DNA of 64,000 nucleotides from Gordius albopunctatus. Its lineage: Eukaryota. Position numbers and translations under genes: made by a program. Below the pieces are notes generated by a model. It was given only the letters and a program-made list of their open reading frames with translations. It had not been told where the DNA came from and made no database searches. The stretch covers positions 8,308,001 through 8,372,000 of the forward strand of contig OZ193909.1 of the NCBI GenBank assembly GCA_964276515.1, in the 5' to 3' direction. This document shows positions 60,455-64,000 of this stretch, piece after piece (the first letter of the stretch is position 1; each line of letters starts with the position of its first letter).

Positions 60455-62480
60455 TTAGGTCCTAAATGCGTCACAAGAGATCAACGATAGAGCGTTGTAC
60501 ACGAGCTGCAAATCTAATGCGTCATGTACGAACTTTCAAACATGAAGATTGCCCACTGCGAGCTCTCGTTCTTCCGCTTTAATAATAGATGAAATCAGGG
60601 GCGCAGCCAAGGGGGCAGAAAGCGGGAATTTTCTGCCCCCTTGACCAAAATTTGAAATTTTTTTTGAAGTTCCATGTCCTTTTTAAGGTATAAAATCGAT
60701 TATAAATGCTCTGATTAATGAAGAGAGGAGATTTTTCCAAAGCTGGTTATATAGCGCCTTGAAGTTTCGCATATATTGTAAGCGAAGTTTACTTTTGTTA
60801 CATTATAAATAAAATTGGTGAAAAATTTTTTGAATTTTTCTTCCCCCTTGAGAAAATCCTGGCTACGCGCCTGGATGAAATAGATGGTTCTCAACCAATT
60901 GAACAAGCCGGACTACAAGAGTCAGTAAGTCTGTTTCAGCCACCTTCACGTGCTTAGCAATTACGCTCATTCACCCGCCTTGCATTTTCATTTAACTCAT
61001 CTCATATCGAAAATTTGCGTTGCAATGCAATTGTGTCCTTATTGCAATGCTCTAAAATTTGCTGAATAAACTAACGGAATGTGTTACGCCTTTGGAAAAT
61101 TAAAATGCCTAAACTTGAAAATCTGCCAGAGCCATTAAAAACTTTACTTGCTGGTTATATTGCCGATTCTAAACATTACTTATCTAACACCAAAAAATTA
61201 AACTCCTGCTTCCAAATGACGTCGTTTGGCGCAGATATTAACAACTCAATTCATGACAACCTTTAAAGAAAAAGGCAAAATTTACCACAAAGTTGGCTCC
61301 CTCCTTCCATTATCAAATAGGCAACAAATTTACTTTATCGGGGATAATGAGATTGAAATGCACTCCTTGAAATTTCTACCGGTGTAAAAAGGGTCCATCG
61401 TTTTACACCTTCAAGCGCTCTTTCACGTTAAAAACACTTTAGTGCGTTTGTTTAAAACATCACTCGACATGATGCCATAGATACCCACAAGATTGTTATT
61501 CATTTTTACTAAACTTCTGCTGGACAACATGGGAGAAGATTTAATGTTCCAACTATAAACGAAGTCGCAATTGTTATAGTCGGGCATCAATTTAAATCAA
61601 GAGATATTGTATTGCATACGAGAAACGATGCTTTGACAGAATTTGCGGATACTCATCGATGCTATGACCCCCTTCAATATCCAATTATATTATGGGATGA
61701 TGCTAACGGATATTTTAACGTTAAGATGATAAATTGAATCAATAGTGAACCGAAAAACTTAAAATGCAGTGCTATGAAATATTATTGATAGACAATAATG
61801 CTTCGAGAGCATGAAGAAAATTATATTTTAAAATACCGCCAATTATTCTATCGAAATTGAATTGGATCGTAATCGTATGCTCTTCATACATTTAAATCCA
61901 ACCAAACTTCACTCAGGCAGGAGAATAAGTTCATTTGCGAGATGCAGTTCTTAACGACGCTAATAAAATTGACGTCGGGACTGGGAGACTAAACATTTTG
62001 CCCTCTTAATACATCGGAAGTTCGCATCATATGCATCAATACGCCCACAACTGCGTATGTTCGTAACTAAGGTCGTCCAGGCCTATTCATTACATTCACA
62101 TATAATCCTGCTTGTCACGATGTACAGGAGCTCTTATTTCATAGTCAATAAACAGTCGATACGCATGACAACACAGCACGTGTTTACAGACAGAAACGTT
62201 TGTTAAGTATAAGGTATTTGGCTCTGTGTGTTGCTGGATTTACTCTCTGAAATGACAAAAGGGAGGTTTACCGCATGCCCATATACACATATTATATAAC
62301 AAGATCACCTCCAACGAAAAGACGATGTAATATGTGCTAAAATACCTGATCCCAAATAAAAAAGGCAGTATACGAATAAGGGTACGAAAAATGATACACA
62401 GCCTTTCTGGAAGACTTAATCTAAAATCGACATGCATGATAGACGGTAAATGCTCAAAGCGATATCCTCAAAAAATGTTG
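60455..62480 (+). pseudogene. Decayed Helitron Rep region
   Basis: CNALKF, LNSCFQMTSFGA, RRFNVPTINEVAIV, THRCYDPLQYP, GRPGLFITFT, E*QKGGLPHAHI (HUH motif) and CMIDGKCSKRYP. Confidence 0.88.
60596..60873. mobile_element. hAT MITE inserted in the Helitron remnant
   Basis: Ends CAGGGGCGCAGCCA / TGGCTACGCGCCTG; perfect TSD GATGAAAT. Confidence 0.9.
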
Positions 62481-63114
62481 ATTTTGCCCCTCCCTAATTC
62501 CAATGCTGGCTACGCCCATGTCTTCGAGCAGTAGCGTACGCAAGGGAGTGGTTTTAGTATTTTCTAATATCGCATTATATAATAAATATTATGAGCCGTG
62601 TTGACGATGTGATATATTTTAAATCTTTTTGAAACGAAGTGCTAAGAGCGCGGTTTGAACCCGTGAGCTCTTGTTCAAAAACAAACAATATTTATCAATA
62701 ATGAAATAAAGCTGAGAGATAAGAAAAGTTCGGCCAGTTAGGTCTACCGGCCGGATGGGGCAAATGTTGTAAAATAAGATTTTCAGGCTCCCAAAAAGGG
62801 CAATATAATAAGATTCAAGCAAATCTGGCTTATTAAGATTTTTTGTGTAGTGTATTATTTTGCCCCCTTTTTTTATTGTATTAGATTTATTATATTATTT
62901 CTTTTCTAAAAAACGAGAATCAAATTTATAATTTTTCGAAAATACACTAACTTATTACCCAAAATCTTAAAAATTATTATTTTGACCCGGGCAATTTGGG
63001 CAGCTTGAATAATTTGGGATTTGTCAGGCGGCGCCCGGACCCGGTTTGGAATTTTTTTAAACAAATCTGAACTCTAAAAAATATAAATTCGGTGGATAAA
63101 ATATAAACGTTATA

Positions 63115-64000
63115 AAAAAACTCGGGCCTTCGGCCCTCGTGGGAAGGGGGAAGGGGAGGAGGCGAGGGAAGGGGGAACTCATCTACACTCCGTATAAATG
63201 TATCATATTTGCTATGCAATTTATGGGCGAGAAAGGTGGGAAGGGGTGAGAATGCCTATAGGCGGGGGGGGGGGGTATTAAATGTAAAATAATTAGTTAA
63301 TTATTAATACAAATTTTCGATTTAATTAAATTATAAAAAATGTAGAAAATGCAAATGTAATATGATTATTTTTTCTTTTTATCATGCCATTTGTAAAACA
63401 CAATGAAAAATGGCTAGCAATAGCCCCTCTCCGACTAGCCCCGACCCCTATTTTAATAAACAATTAATAATGTAGATAAATGAAAGACAAAACCTAATTT
63501 TATGCAAGAACACAAAAAAACAAAATATAGTAATCTTTAAAATAAATAATTCAATGTGTAAAAATGTATATGAAAGAATATTAATGTTGAAAACCTAAAC
63601 ACTAGCACATGCAAAAAACAATCATGAACAAAATATCACATTTGAGAATAAATAAAAATATTACATTAGTTTTTATGGCCTCTAGTGATTATGGGTCTAA
63701 CAAACATTATATTATAAAACACCACAATGTTAAGAATTTGCAGAATTGTTGGGAGAAATTTTTTGTTGAATTTGAACAATTTTTAATTAAAAAAATCAAA
63801 AATTTGGCCAATGGTCATTTCTTCTGCATTGGTCAGTACCAACAGATACTCTATAAGTCAATGATAGCCAAAAAAAACGAAAAAAAAATTTTCGAACCAC
63901 ATTTTGGCCAAAGGTCATTTTTTTCCATTGGTCAGCAGCCAGGACACGGTAAAAGTGGATATAAATTCATAATAGTCAAAAAAAACGAAAAAAAAGTTTT
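63115..64000 (-). mobile_element. HINE copy (runs off window), close relative of 29002-30458
   Basis: Hairpin 63124-63136, subTIR 63209-63228, shared captured segment and satellite units. Confidence 0.85.

Overview
This is very AT-rich eukaryotic (probably invertebrate metazoan) genomic DNA using the standard genetic code, with tiny GT-AG introns (mostly 34-46 nt). It is dominated by transposable elements. Two intact spliced host genes are readable: RFC3 (24227-25771, 8 exons) and RPL18 (50140-50884, 6 exons). There is also a degenerate SLC6 transporter fragment. The rest is TE-derived: hAT elements and MITEs with 8-bp TSDs, RTE-clade LINEs, a Ty3/Gypsy remnant, MULE and P/THAP transposase pseudogenes, canonical Helitrons, Ginger-like integrase elements (one with an OTU deubiquitinase domain), foldback elements, and a Helentron/DINE-1-like family whose internal satellite carries B-box-like motifs. 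Most notable: (1) several tiny introns in transposase genes align to the adjacent exon, suggesting intron birth by tandem duplication; (2) a four-level nest, Ginger > hAT > Helitron > captured, duplicated THAP fragment; (3) an unexplained ~155-nt GC-rich island that folds like a structured RNA. All family assignments come from motif recognition by eye; no database searches were run, and ends lacking a TSD are approximate.
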